From positions 1,952,001-2,016,000 of the forward strand of contig CBDCDZ010000004.1 in the NCBI GenBank assembly GCA_965215565.1: 64,000 nt of DNA, in the 5' to 3' direction. Both the position numbers and the translations under genes were made by a program. This DNA is from Trueperaceae bacterium. Lineage in GTDB: Bacteria > Deinococcota > Deinococci > Deinococcales > Trueperaceae. This document shows positions 1 through 8,672 of the stretch, piece by piece (the stretch's first letter is position 1; every line of letters begins with the position of its first letter). A model generated the notes under the pieces. It was given only the letters and a program-made list of their open reading frames with translations, was not told where the DNA came from and made no database searches.

Positions 1-1375
1 TCACCTCGGGCTCAGCGCGGTAGGGTTGCAGACGTACATAGGCGGTGAGCATCTCACCGGGCACCGCGTCGCCCTCGCCCTCGCGCACCACCTCTACAAT
101 GTCAGCGTAGCGCTCCTCTTTCTCGTAGCTGACCGTCAAGTTGACGCGCTCGATGTTGGGCTCTTCGAAGACGTTCTGAGCGAGTATCTCCAGAGGTTGC
201 GCCGCCAAACCTGCGCTCGCCGCCGCGATGTCGGCGGGGTCACTGATCTGCTCCAGGAGGCGCACGGTTTCGCCTCCCGCTAACCTAATCTCCCAAGCGA
301 GGTCAGCGGTCCCCTGGCTGACCTCTTCTAAAACCTCATCGAACGCTTGCACGCTCGCCGCTGCCAAAAGAGGCGCGTAAAAACGCTCGTCACTCGTGAC
401 CTCAAAGCGCTTTGTGACGCTGCCCGCGTCGCCATTCAAGGTGAGCGTCACCGGGATGAAGTCGGGCTGCTCGCCGACAAGGCCGCTGATCGCGTAGGGG
501 CGGTCTTGCGTGATCGCCCCTAAAATCCGCGTGCCGTTGTCCGCTAGCTTAAAGGGCACGTCCTTACTCGGCACGATGTACGAAACGTAGGCGGGCGCGA
601 GCGCCAGCGAGACGCCGCCCTGACCCGATAGCGGATGCCCGAACGCCCACAATTTTCCGTCCTCGATGAGCGTTACTGTGCCGACTGCGCCGATGGTGAT
701 GTCGCCGCGCACGAGTTGCACGCTCACGGCGCTGCCCGGTTCCAAAGAATAGTTCGCGTCCTGCTCGCCCTGCTCGCCCTGCTCGCCCTGCTCGGTCCAG
801 CTTCCGCTGCTCTGCACGGGGAGTAAAGAGGTTTGCCCGCTGGCAAAGAGGTCCTCTAAGGGTCGCGTCGCCCGTTCGGAAAGCCCCGCCATGAGGAGCG
901 GCGTGCGCACCGGAACCGCGTCCGCCACATCCAAAGCCACATCTCCAAAAGGTTTAGGAGAATCACGCAACACCTCAGCTTGCACCCCCGGCTTGGCGCG
1001 GCGCATCGTCTCGATCGGGGTAACGAGCCCCAAGCCCACCTCACTGTTGGGAAAGGTGAAACCGATTGCGCCTAGAAGCGCGTCTTCGCCGTTAAGAGGT
1101 AAATATACAGGGCTCCCGCTCATGCCCGCTGCAATGCCGCCCGAGCGCTCGATAAAGTCGCCACTTGCGCGGATGAGCACGAGCGGAAAGCCCGTGCCCA
1201 CGTCGTATTGCAGCGCTAAAATCTCGACGGGAAAACGCTTTAAGATGTTGCCCGCCCCCGCTGTGATTGCGTAGCCTGTCTGACCGGGTTCCAAGTTTTC
1301 TAAAGGATAGTTTTGCGCGTAAACGCTGGATAATCCTGTAAAAAAAACGGTGAGGACACAGAGAAAAAACTTCAT
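1..1375 (-). CDS. SpoIVB/peptidase S55 domain secreted serine protease (3' end runs off window)
   Basis: Not in the ORF track. Manual translation from ATG 1375 gives MKFFLCVLTVFFTGLSSVYAQ (signal peptide)...GGIAAGMSGSPVY...AFGHPL, the S55 motifs. 9-bp tandem repeat (EQG)n at ~761-795. Confidence 0.85.
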   Translation of the reverse strand, partial: MKFFLCVLTVFFTGLSSVYAQNYPLENLEPGQTGYAITAGAGNILKRFPVEILALQYDVGTGFPLVLIRASGDFIERSGGIAAGMSGSPVYLPLNGEDALLGAIGFTFPNSEVGLGLVTPIETMRRAKPGVQAEVLRDSPKPFGDVALDVADAVPVRTPLLMAGLSERATRPLEDLFASGQTSLLPVQSSGSWTEQGEQGEQGEQDANYSLEPGSAVSVQLVRGDITIGAVGTVTLIEDGKLWAFGHPLSGQGGVSLALAPAYVSYIVPSKDVPFKLADNGTRILGAITQDRPYAISGLVGEQPDFIPVTLTLNGDAGSVTKRFEVTSDERFYAPLLAAASVQAFDEVLEEVSQGTADLAWEIRLAGGETVRLLEQISDPADIAAASAGLAAQPLEILAQNVFEEPNIERVNLTVSYEKEERYADIVEVVREGEGDAVPGEMLTAYVRLQPYRAEPEV

Positions 1376-1484
1376 TACGTTCACTATAAACCGCGCACCT
1401 GAGCGTTCGCTGACCCGCTTGGACAAGGGGAGAATGAATAAGCTGTAATGAAATATTTCTTACAGAGCTAAACGTTCGGGGTCC

Positions 1485-1826
1485 TTATACGCTCTGCTTC
1501 GTATTGACCAGATGCTGCTGTCCCCAAGCGTCAATCGCGTCGATGACGTCTTGCAGGGCTAAGCCCGCCTCGGTCAAGCGGTAAGAGGTGCGCGGCGGCA
1601 TGGTGGACTGGATGCGCTTTTGGAGGACGCCCGCGTTTTCTAACCGCTCGAGCCTCTGCGTCAGCGTCGTCGGGTTACACCCGCCGATATCGCGTCCCAA
1701 TTCATTAAACCCCTTCGCCCCTTGTAAGAGCGAGCGCACGATGTGGAGCGTCCACTTCTCCTGCAAGAGGTTGATGGATTCGTAAACGGGGCAAAAGTCG
1801 TGTTCAGCCATCTCTGCTACTATCAT
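1485..1826 (-). CDS. HxlR/DUF24 family winged-helix transcriptional regulator
   Basis: FCPV...KWTLHIV...FNEL...LTQRLERLE...PPRTSYRLT; divergent from wrbA. Confidence 0.9.
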   Translation of the reverse strand: MIVAEMAEHDFCPVYESINLLQEKWTLHIVRSLLQGAKGFNELGRDIGGCNPTTLTQRLERLENAGVLQKRIQSTMPPRTSYRLTEAGLALQDVIDAIDAWGQQHLVNTKQSV

Positions 1827-1846
1827 AGCACATAAACTTTGTAAGC

Positions 1847-1884
1847 TAGAGTAGTTGACAATCTATAGTACTCTATATTATGGT
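1847..1884 (+). promoter_or_regulatory. Putative wrbA promoter with overlapping inverted-repeat operator
   Basis: TTGACA at 1855-1860 flanked by inverted repeat TAGAGTA (1847-1853) / TACTCTA (1869-1875). Confidence 0.55.
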
Positions 1885-1948
1885 AAATGAGTTAGACGAA
1901 CGTACGGAGTTTCATTCAGCAAATCCCACTCTTTCAGGAGGTAGCCCT

Positions 1949-2626
1949 ATGCCGACGAACGTCCTTATCCCCTTCTACAGCACTTTTGGTCACACCTATA
2001 AAATGGCGCAAGCCGTTTACGAAGGCGCAAACAGCGTTTCAGATACTGAAGTTAAGCTTGCGCGTATTCCCGAGTCGGAGCCAGCTCGTCAAGCGATGTC
2101 CGGGATGGACGCCTACAATCAGGCGCAAGAGGCGATGTCCGAGCACCCCGAAGTCACGCACGATGACTTGCGCTGGGCTGACGGCATCATCTGGGGCACG
2201 CCCACGCGCTACGGCAACATGTCCGCGCAGATGAAGGGATTCATCGACACGACAGGCTCCTTGTGGCAAAACGGTGAACTAGAGGACAAGGCGACAGGTA
2301 TTTTCGTCAGCACCGCGACGATTCATGGTGGACAAGAGACGACAATCATCACCAGCTTGGTGCCCTTTTTGCACCTCGGCATGGTCTTCGTTGGCACGCC
2401 TTACGGTCAGAACCCGCAGATGATGACTACTGAAGGCGTGGGCGGCACACCTTACGGTCCGACCACACTCGCGGGCGGCGACGGCTCGCGCCAGCCCACC
2501 GACGACGAGCTGACGGGCGCACGCAACTTAGGCAGCCGCGTCGCGAAGGTGGCCGCCGCGATGAAGCAGGTGCGAGCTGCCGATCAGCAGGGGCAGCAGG
2601 AGCAAGCCGAAACCTACAGCGGTTAA
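1949..2626 (+). CDS. wrbA: NAD(P)H:quinone oxidoreductase, WrbA family
   Basis: YSTFGHT, GTPTRYGNM, HGGQETT and GGTPYG motifs; RBS AGGAGG before ATG 1949. Confidence 0.93.
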   Translation: MPTNVLIPFYSTFGHTYKMAQAVYEGANSVSDTEVKLARIPESEPARQAMSGMDAYNQAQEAMSEHPEVTHDDLRWADGIIWGTPTRYGNMSAQMKGFIDTTGSLWQNGELEDKATGIFVSTATIHGGQETTIITSLVPFLHLGMVFVGTPYGQNPQMMTTEGVGGTPYGPTTLAGGDGSRQPTDDELTGARNLGSRVAKVAAAMKQVRAADQQGQQEQAETYSG

Positions 2627-2641
2627 ACTAAACCTGCACTG

Positions 2642-2677
2642 AAAAGAGGTTGGCGCTTAGGTGCTGACCTCTTTTTT
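2642..2677 (+). terminator. Rho-independent terminator
   Basis: AAAAGAGGTTGGCGC-ttag-GTGCTGACCTCTTTTTT hairpin with T run. Confidence 0.75.
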
Positions 2678-2706
2678 GTCGCGCTGTCTCTTCGTAAAAT
2701 AAAGCC

Positions 2707-3069
2707 GTGTCCGTTACCGAACCCCCTTTCAGCCCGCAACTCTTTCTCCTCGTCGTCCTCTTCTTCCTGGCGATTGCGGTAGGCGCGTTGCAACTCGCCG
2801 CCGTCATCCTCCGCGCGCCGCACCGCAGCTTCGCGCGGGCGCTCGTCGGGGCGACAGTAGGCGCGATTTTCTATGCCTTCGGCTCGCTGCTCGCGCTCTT
2901 CGGTCTCAGCGTCGCCTTCGTCTGCGTGTCAATGGCGTACGCCTCGATTTTGGGGACGGCGCTGCCTAAAGGTCTGGCTGCGGCGGCGCTACAGCTTCTT
3001 TTTGTAGGTGCGTTGGGGGCGATTTTTCGGTTTTTGGGGTTGTTTCAGCTTTTGCAGGATGCGGCGTGA
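2707..3069 (+). CDS. Small hypothetical membrane protein
   Basis: About 4 hydrophobic segments; TAAAAT 6 nt before GTG. Confidence 0.65.
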   Translation: MSVTEPPFSPQLFLLVVLFFLAIAVGALQLAAVILRAPHRSFARALVGATVGAIFYAFGSLLALFGLSVAFVCVSMAYASILGTALPKGLAAAALQLLFVGALGAIFRFLGLFQLLQDAA

Positions 3070-3114
3070 GGTTGGAAGAGGTCTAGTTCGCTAGTAAAAG
3101 AGACGATTTCTAGT

Positions 3115-3216
3115 GAGATTGTGTCACGCAGCTTAACGGAACCTCATCCCCAGATGTAGTTGCTGAAAGATGCTTTATCCACTGAGAGCGTTTTTAGTCA
3201 GATGAAGTCCAGCTAG
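3115..3216 (+). repeat. Dispersed MITE-like repeat, copy 1
   Basis: GAGATTGTGTCACGCAG...TAACGGAACCTCATC...GAGAGCGTTTTTAGTCAGATGAAGTCCAGCTA. Confidence 0.75.
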
Positions 3217-3295
3217 CCTGTCGGCTTGAGTGCGCGAAGCCTTCCCTTAGGGAAACTTTGTAACCGAAGGAATTTGCTATAGCGTAATATTTACA

Positions 3296-3388
3296 GAGAT
3301 TGTGTCACGCAGTTATCATCTCTGAACGTGATTGCTCAGATGACGCTTTATCCACTCAGAGCGTTTATGACCAGATGCTACCTGCTAG
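3296..3388 (+). repeat. Dispersed MITE-like repeat, copy 2
   Basis: GAGATTGTGTCACGCAG...GCTTTATCCACTCAGAGCGTTTATGACCAGATGCTACCTGCTA; direct repeat of copy 1. Confidence 0.8.
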
Positions 3389-3516
3389 TAATTCTGCGTG
3401 GGTAGGCTAGCCACACCTACAGCTACCGAACGCATCGGTCTAAAGTGTCACTCTCCGAAGAGCCACGCAGTACATGAGTTTAGAATGTGCGGCTAAGTTT
3501 GTCATGAGAGTGTCAG

Positions 3517-4329
3517 CTACATCAGGTGCTGTCCGTTCACATTCAACCCAAAGGTACATCCCAAAAACTCCGAAGCAGTGCGGCACATCACCATGCGGGC
3601 TAACGAGATTTCGAAGTAGTCCATGACCGAAGCGATGTCGGTATCTATCTCCAACTCCAACGTGATGCAACGTTCGTCTGGCTCCACATGCAAGAATGAG
3701 TGCGTCACAGCGTAGTTGACCCTATCGTGGATGTCGAAGTCTAGATTTAGGTTCGGGTCTTGGACCCTCGAGCGGTGCACATCCGCCTTATCCGCCAAGA
3801 TGAGCGCCGCCGCCACCGGGCTCGTCGCGTGACCTCTCGCCTCTTCGTGGTTGCCGATGGCTCCCATAATCAGCGCGACTTCGCCCATGTTCATGTTTAG
3901 CTCGAGCAAAATATCCTTCGCCATGAGCGCCCCGATCTGCCCGTGCGCACTGCGGTTCACGACGTTGCCGATGTCGTTTAAAAGCCCCGCGATGGCGGCG
4001 AGTTCGACGTGCCTTGAGGGAAACTCGAGGCGCTCGAGTACGTTACTGGCGATGCTGCTCACCAAATTGACATGCCGTTCGCCGTGCTCGGTGAAGCCGA
4101 GGAGTTTGAGGTGGCGGTTGGCGGCGTGAATATAGTGCTGCACATGCGGATGTTCGCGCACCTGGTCTAAAGTAACGCGGTCTTCGGCAAGAGGTTCGTC
4201 CTCTGCCGTGAAGGCTTCTTGTCGTTCCGCCTCTTGGGGGGGTGGCTCGAGCGTGTCCTTCGCGCTTTTAAGCGACTGGACGATAGCTTCATCCGCTTTA
4301 GCTTTAATTTATGTTGAGGACTCTTCCAT
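3517..4329 (-). CDS. HD-domain phosphohydrolase, possibly pseudogenised (in-frame TAA at codon 7; ND instead of HD)
   Basis: GFTEHGERH...LLNDIGN...H...ILADKAD. ATG 4329 is preceded by TAAGCT, with TAA at 4309-4311. The open frame starts at GTG 4161. Confidence 0.75.
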
Positions 4330-4503
4330 AGGCTAGCTTATGGGGCGATTGTCAGAGCTGTTGCAGCCTTTCCAGTAAGGGCGTTAGGTCCACGATGTTG
4401 TACACTGCGTCAGTGCGTGACCCCCTGACGAAACCTACTGCGTCTATCCGATATCGGTTGACTTTTCTTTGCCAAAGTCGACACACGACGCTGAGCAACA
4501 CCC

Positions 4504-6522
4504 TTGGTTGGGTCAACGTTCATGTTTAAGCTCGGCCCGTATAGCTGGTACGTCGACGAATCGGCCGAGGTTAGCGGCGCTAGGGTCGCTGAGCTGACGG
4601 GCGAGCTGCTTGTGACTCTACGGGCGCAGCTCTTGCAAGCAGACTTTAGCGCCGCGCAAAAGGCAGGCTTGCTCTACGACTGGACCGAGCCGAGCGACGA
4701 AGGCGCGGGAGGGGTCGAACTGCGCTTCGGCGCATTAGGCGTGTTGCACGATCCGACTGCGCCGAGGGGCCTATTCACTATCAAGGATGGTGAAGAGCCG
4801 CACATACACAAATACTGCGACGTGCAGGGCATTGACAACAGCTTGCGCTTTAACGGCACGGTGGAATTCAGCGGCGATGAGGTTCGTTTTACGGGCAGCA
4901 TGTACGCCAGCTACAAGAAACAGCCTAGGTTTGAGTTGATGGCGACGGTGCCCGTAGACGCGGACAGTTTGGTGCTCGAGCACTACCGCTACACCAGCCT
5001 CGAGGAGGTCGCTGACGCGCCGCCTGAGCGCGTGCGCAAGCTGGACACCGAGCGCGTCGACATTCCCGAGTTGCCCGACTGGGTGCGGCAGTTTACCGGG
5101 CTAGAGTATCTGCGCCTGGCCTACCGCCACCTGAATTCATACGGCAACTTGCGCGCGTTACCCGATTGGATAGGTGAACTGCGCGAGCTACGTGGGCTGC
5201 TCGTTCAGGGTTGCAAGCTGCGCCATCTACCCGAAAGTGTCGGCGCGTTGGAGAACCTCGAGAACGTCGCCATAAGTGCGTGCCAGCTCACCGACACCCC
5301 TGCCGGGTTGTGGCGGCTTCCCAAGCTCAAATACCTCACGCTCTCGCAAAATCAGCTCACCGCGTTACCAAAAGACATCGACCTCCCCGCCTTGGAGACG
5401 TTGCAGTTAGCACACAACAAGCTCCAAACTTTACCTGCGGCTCTGCTACAGGGCTGCCCACAACTCGTGCGCCTCAACCTCAACAACAACCCCCTCGAAA
5501 CCCTTCCCGCAGGGATTGAGCGCATAGAGCACCTCGAGATGGACCTAGCCATTCGGCAGCGGCTCGCGCCCAAACCTGTCGCGAGCGGCGGCGGTGACTA
5601 CGACCCGGCGCGCTACGGAGTAGATGACCCCGCACGTGATGCGATGCTCGAGCGGCTGCTCAGCGACTCAGAAGCTGATCCCGCGATTCAGACCTTTGTA
5701 CGTCTCACGGCGCAAGCGGCGGTGGGTTTTCACCAGGCGGGTACACCTACAGATTACTCGAGCCTGGGCGTTCACCGCTTCGGCGGCTTACCCGACCTGC
5801 CTACGGGCGAGGCGTATCCGCGCTTCAAAGCGTCGTGGACACAAGAGGAGCAACCCACAGGCGGATACGCCTACGAATTTATCGCGCAACTCGACTGCGC
5901 GGCGCTCGCGCCGTTGCAGCAGTACTTGCCGCGCACGGGCTATCTCTACTTCTTCCTCTCGACCTTTCACGACCTCTATAACAAGGCTGAGGGGTACCGA
6001 CCAGGAATCGTTCTCTACCGCGACGTTGAGCTTACCGAGTTGCGTAGCGGTACGCGCTTCGAGCTGACGGACGAAGATTTCTTCGAAGCCTATTCGTCTA
6101 CCGGCGAGGGATACGCTTATACAGGTTACGACGCCGAGGCTGAAGCGACCCTAGGACTGCCCCCTTTCTACCCGCTCAGTCTCAACACGTACCTCTTCCG
6201 AGAAGCCCTGCAAGCTGCGGGGCTGACGGACGATAACTTAGATGATGACGCGCTTGATGATATGGACATCCACTTGGAGGATGTCGGCTCGAGCTTCGAT
6301 CACCTTATAGGCGACTACGGCTTCTCACAGCACGAACTGCCTCAAACGGAGGCGGCGCTCGCGCAGGGCGGCGACCCGGCGGATTACCTGGTCTTATTGA
6401 CTGTCAAGAGTCGAGGCGATATGCAGTGGAGTGATGCGGGCGACCTGTATTACGTCATCCACAAGGGCGACCTAGCGCGTAGCGACTTCTCCCAGGTGTT
6501 TGTATGCATGTACAGCAGTTAA
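4504..6522 (+). CDS. Leucine-rich repeat + C-terminal DUF1963 (YwqG-like) domain protein
   Basis: LxxLxLxxNxLxxLP repeats in the middle; C-terminal RFGGLPDLP...FIAQLDC...LPRTGYLYFF...WSDAGDLYYVIHKGDLARSDFS. Start uncertain. Confidence 0.85.
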   Translation: MVGSTFMFKLGPYSWYVDESAEVSGARVAELTGELLVTLRAQLLQADFSAAQKAGLLYDWTEPSDEGAGGVELRFGALGVLHDPTAPRGLFTIKDGEEPHIHKYCDVQGIDNSLRFNGTVEFSGDEVRFTGSMYASYKKQPRFELMATVPVDADSLVLEHYRYTSLEEVADAPPERVRKLDTERVDIPELPDWVRQFTGLEYLRLAYRHLNSYGNLRALPDWIGELRELRGLLVQGCKLRHLPESVGALENLENVAISACQLTDTPAGLWRLPKLKYLTLSQNQLTALPKDIDLPALETLQLAHNKLQTLPAALLQGCPQLVRLNLNNNPLETLPAGIERIEHLEMDLAIRQRLAPKPVASGGGDYDPARYGVDDPARDAMLERLLSDSEADPAIQTFVRLTAQAAVGFHQAGTPTDYSSLGVHRFGGLPDLPTGEAYPRFKASWTQEEQPTGGYAYEFIAQLDCAALAPLQQYLPRTGYLYFFLSTFHDLYNKAEGYRPGIVLYRDVELTELRSGTRFELTDEDFFEAYSSTGEGYAYTGYDAEAEATLGLPPFYPLSLNTYLFREALQAAGLTDDNLDDDALDDMDIHLEDVGSSFDHLIGDYGFSQHELPQTEAALAQGGDPADYLVLLTVKSRGDMQWSDAGDLYYVIHKGDLARSDFSQVFVCMYSS

Positions 6523-6531
6523 GGCGTGCGT

Positions 6532-7089
6532 TTAGAGGGGTGGGGGCTCGAGTCCAAACCCCGGCAGTGAAAGCACAACCTCATCAGGCATCTTCAACCT
6601 TTGCCAAAACGAAAACACATCCACCTCGTTATAGTGCGCCACGAAGAGCGACATCACCGAGGCGTGCGTGACGATAGCGAGAGGCTTATTTGGATAATCC
6701 TCCAGCACCTCTCTAACCGCTTTGTCAAACCGCTGACGCGCTTGCGTTCCTGTTTCGTTGCCAAGAATGAGGTCATCCGGGTGAGTGAAGAAGGACTCGA
6801 GCCGCTCCAACCACACCTCTTGTTCTAAATAAGGAACGCCCGTCCGCTCATGTTCGTACAGGTTTGGCGCGATGCTCCAGGGGACGCCGAGGTGTCCAGC
6901 CAGAACACGTCCTGTCTCTTTTGCCTTGAATTCTTCGCTAGTGATGATGCGGCTGAGATTACGTTCTCTCAACCTCTCCGCTAAATCTTCGCAAGCTGCG
7001 TAAGCGCGTTCGGTTAGATGCCACTGACTCGGGGAAATACTCGGGTCTTGCCGCGTCTCTGCGTGGCGAATGAGGAAGAGGTTGGTCAC
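6532..7089 (-). CDS. Histidine phosphatase (phosphoglycerate mutase-like) family protein
   Basis: N-terminal LIRHAET, SEEFKAKETG, IVTHA motifs. Confidence 0.85.
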   Translation of the reverse strand: MTNLFLIRHAETRQDPSISPSQWHLTERAYAACEDLAERLRERNLSRIITSEEFKAKETGRVLAGHLGVPWSIAPNLYEHERTGVPYLEQEVWLERLESFFTHPDDLILGNETGTQARQRFDKAVREVLEDYPNKPLAIVTHASVMSLFVAHYNEVDVFSFWQRLKMPDEVVLSLPGFGLEPPPL

Positions 7090-7529
7090 TTCTTTTTTAC
7101 CTCGTCGAGAAGTTGCACGATACTTTCTCGCACCCTCCTCACTTCTTCAACAGTGTGAGAGTCTGTGTGATAGTCGAAGAGGTCATTAACGGTAAGCAGG
7201 GTGAGCAACCTCTCCATACTGAGTAAGTCTTTATAGGTGAATGCTACGGTAAAAGAACCTTCATGCCAACCTAAGCCACGCTGCCACTTCTTTCCTTGGG
7301 ACCTCGCCTCTTTTCGTTTCGCGGCGCGTTCTTTACCTTCAGGGTCAAGCAGCGCTTTAAGGATTTTAGCCCCGCGACTACCCGAAAAGACCTCTTTTTT
7401 CTCTTCAGCAGAAATGCCATTGATGAACGGCATCGTGGCGTAAGACAAAGATGTTTTGAGGTAAAACCGCTCTGAATACTCGAGTTGGACAACAACGTGC
7501 TCATCTGTTTGTTCAAGCAGCTTCATCAA
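7086..7529 (-). CDS. Hypothetical protein
   Basis: 147-aa ORF starting 7 nt after the aminotransferase stop, with a GTGA overlap into the next gene. Confidence 0.65.
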   Translation of the reverse strand: MMKLLEQTDEHVVVQLEYSERFYLKTSLSYATMPFINGISAEEKKEVFSGSRGAKILKALLDPEGKERAAKRKEARSQGKKWQRGLGWHEGSFTVAFTYKDLLSMERLLTLLTVNDLFDYHTDSHTVEEVRRVRESIVQLLDEVKKK

Positions 7530-7535
7530 TTACAA

Positions 7536-8672
7536 CTATGCACTACCTAAAACCTCGAGCGCTCGCCCAACCGCCTGACCATACCCAACCTCTCGCCCCA
7601 ACTCACGCAACACATCCTCTAAAACCGCCACAATCGTCACCGCGTCATAGGGGTCCGCGTAGCCCATGACCGAGGGGCGAAAGAGCACGGGCTTGGCGTG
7701 GTCTTGACCGCCTGCGATACGCACACCTCTTGCTGCGAAGCCTTTAACGATGTCAGGTGCTGCAACCTCTTCCGGCGCACGTAAAGCTGCCACCGCCGGG
7801 CTGACGCGCTCAGCGTAGGCGCAGCAACCTGTTACCTTTGCCGCTTCAATAATCGCCCTATTCATCCGCTCGCGCCGCGCCCAGACGTTTTCGATGCCCT
7901 CGTCCAAGAGCATATCCAGCGCTACGTTCAGTCCGTAAACGAGGCTCACCGCAGGCGTATACGCCGTTTGCCCTTTTTGCTGACTTTTGCGCTCTTTATG
8001 CAAATCTAAGTAAAAGGTTGGCGTGTCGCCCCCTCGCGCCCAAGCTCGCTCAGAGAGCCACGCGAAGGCGAGTCCAGGCGGCGTCATCAGCCCTTTTTGA
8101 CTCCCGGAGAAGATGCCGTCTAGGTTCCACTCCTTGGGTCTAAGCTCCGTCACGCCTAAGCTCGTCACACAGTCCACCAGAAAGAGGGCGTCGGGTGTGG
8201 TTTCGTGAATGACTCGAGCAATTCCTTTAACATCGTGCAGTGCACCCGTCGAAGTCTCCGAATGCGTGGTCATCACGGCGGCGGTGTCAGGGTGTTCGTT
8301 TAAGAGGTCGCGGACCGCTTCAAGATTGGCGACGTGGCCCCACTCGAGCCCCATCTCCACCACCTCATACCCGAAGTGCCGCGCCAGCTTGACCCAGCGC
8401 TCGCCGAACTTGCCCGCGTTGATACCAAGTAACTTGCTGCCACGCGGTATGGACGCGAGCAAGCCCGCCTCGAAACCCGCCGTGCCGCTACCCGCTAGAA
8501 TCAGCACGTCTTCACCAGGTACTTGCGCGAGTCGCGCTAACTTCTCCCGTACTTCTACAAAGAGGTGCTTAAAGGCGTCCGTACGGTGGTGGATCATTGG
8601 ACGCGCCAACGCTTCTAGGACTTGCGGTGGGACTTCGACGGGACCGGGGGCTAAGAGGCGGGGTTTATACAT
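7536..8672 (-). CDS. Class V PLP-dependent aminotransferase (serine-pyruvate/phosphoserine aminotransferase-like)
   Basis: LAPGPV, HHR, GSGT, HSETSTG, SGSQKGLMTPPGL; coupled to serA. Confidence 0.92.
   Translation of the reverse strand: MYKPRLLAPGPVEVPPQVLEALARPMIHHRTDAFKHLFVEVREKLARLAQVPGEDVLILAGSGTAGFEAGLLASIPRGSKLLGINAGKFGERWVKLARHFGYEVVEMGLEWGHVANLEAVRDLLNEHPDTAAVMTTHSETSTGALHDVKGIARVIHETTPDALFLVDCVTSLGVTELRPKEWNLDGIFSGSQKGLMTPPGLAFAWLSERAWARGGDTPTFYLDLHKERKSQQKGQTAYTPAVSLVYGLNVALDMLLDEGIENVWARRERMNRAIIEAAKVTGCCAYAERVSPAVAALRAPEEVAAPDIVKGFAARGVRIAGGQDHAKPVLFRPSVMGYADPYDAVTIVAVLEDVLRELGREVGYGQAVGRALEVLGSA

Noticed and set aside
1..1375. Evidence for sporulation (SpoIVB)
   Set aside because: S55 peptidase domains occur widely in non-sporulating bacteria, and no other sporulation genes are present here.
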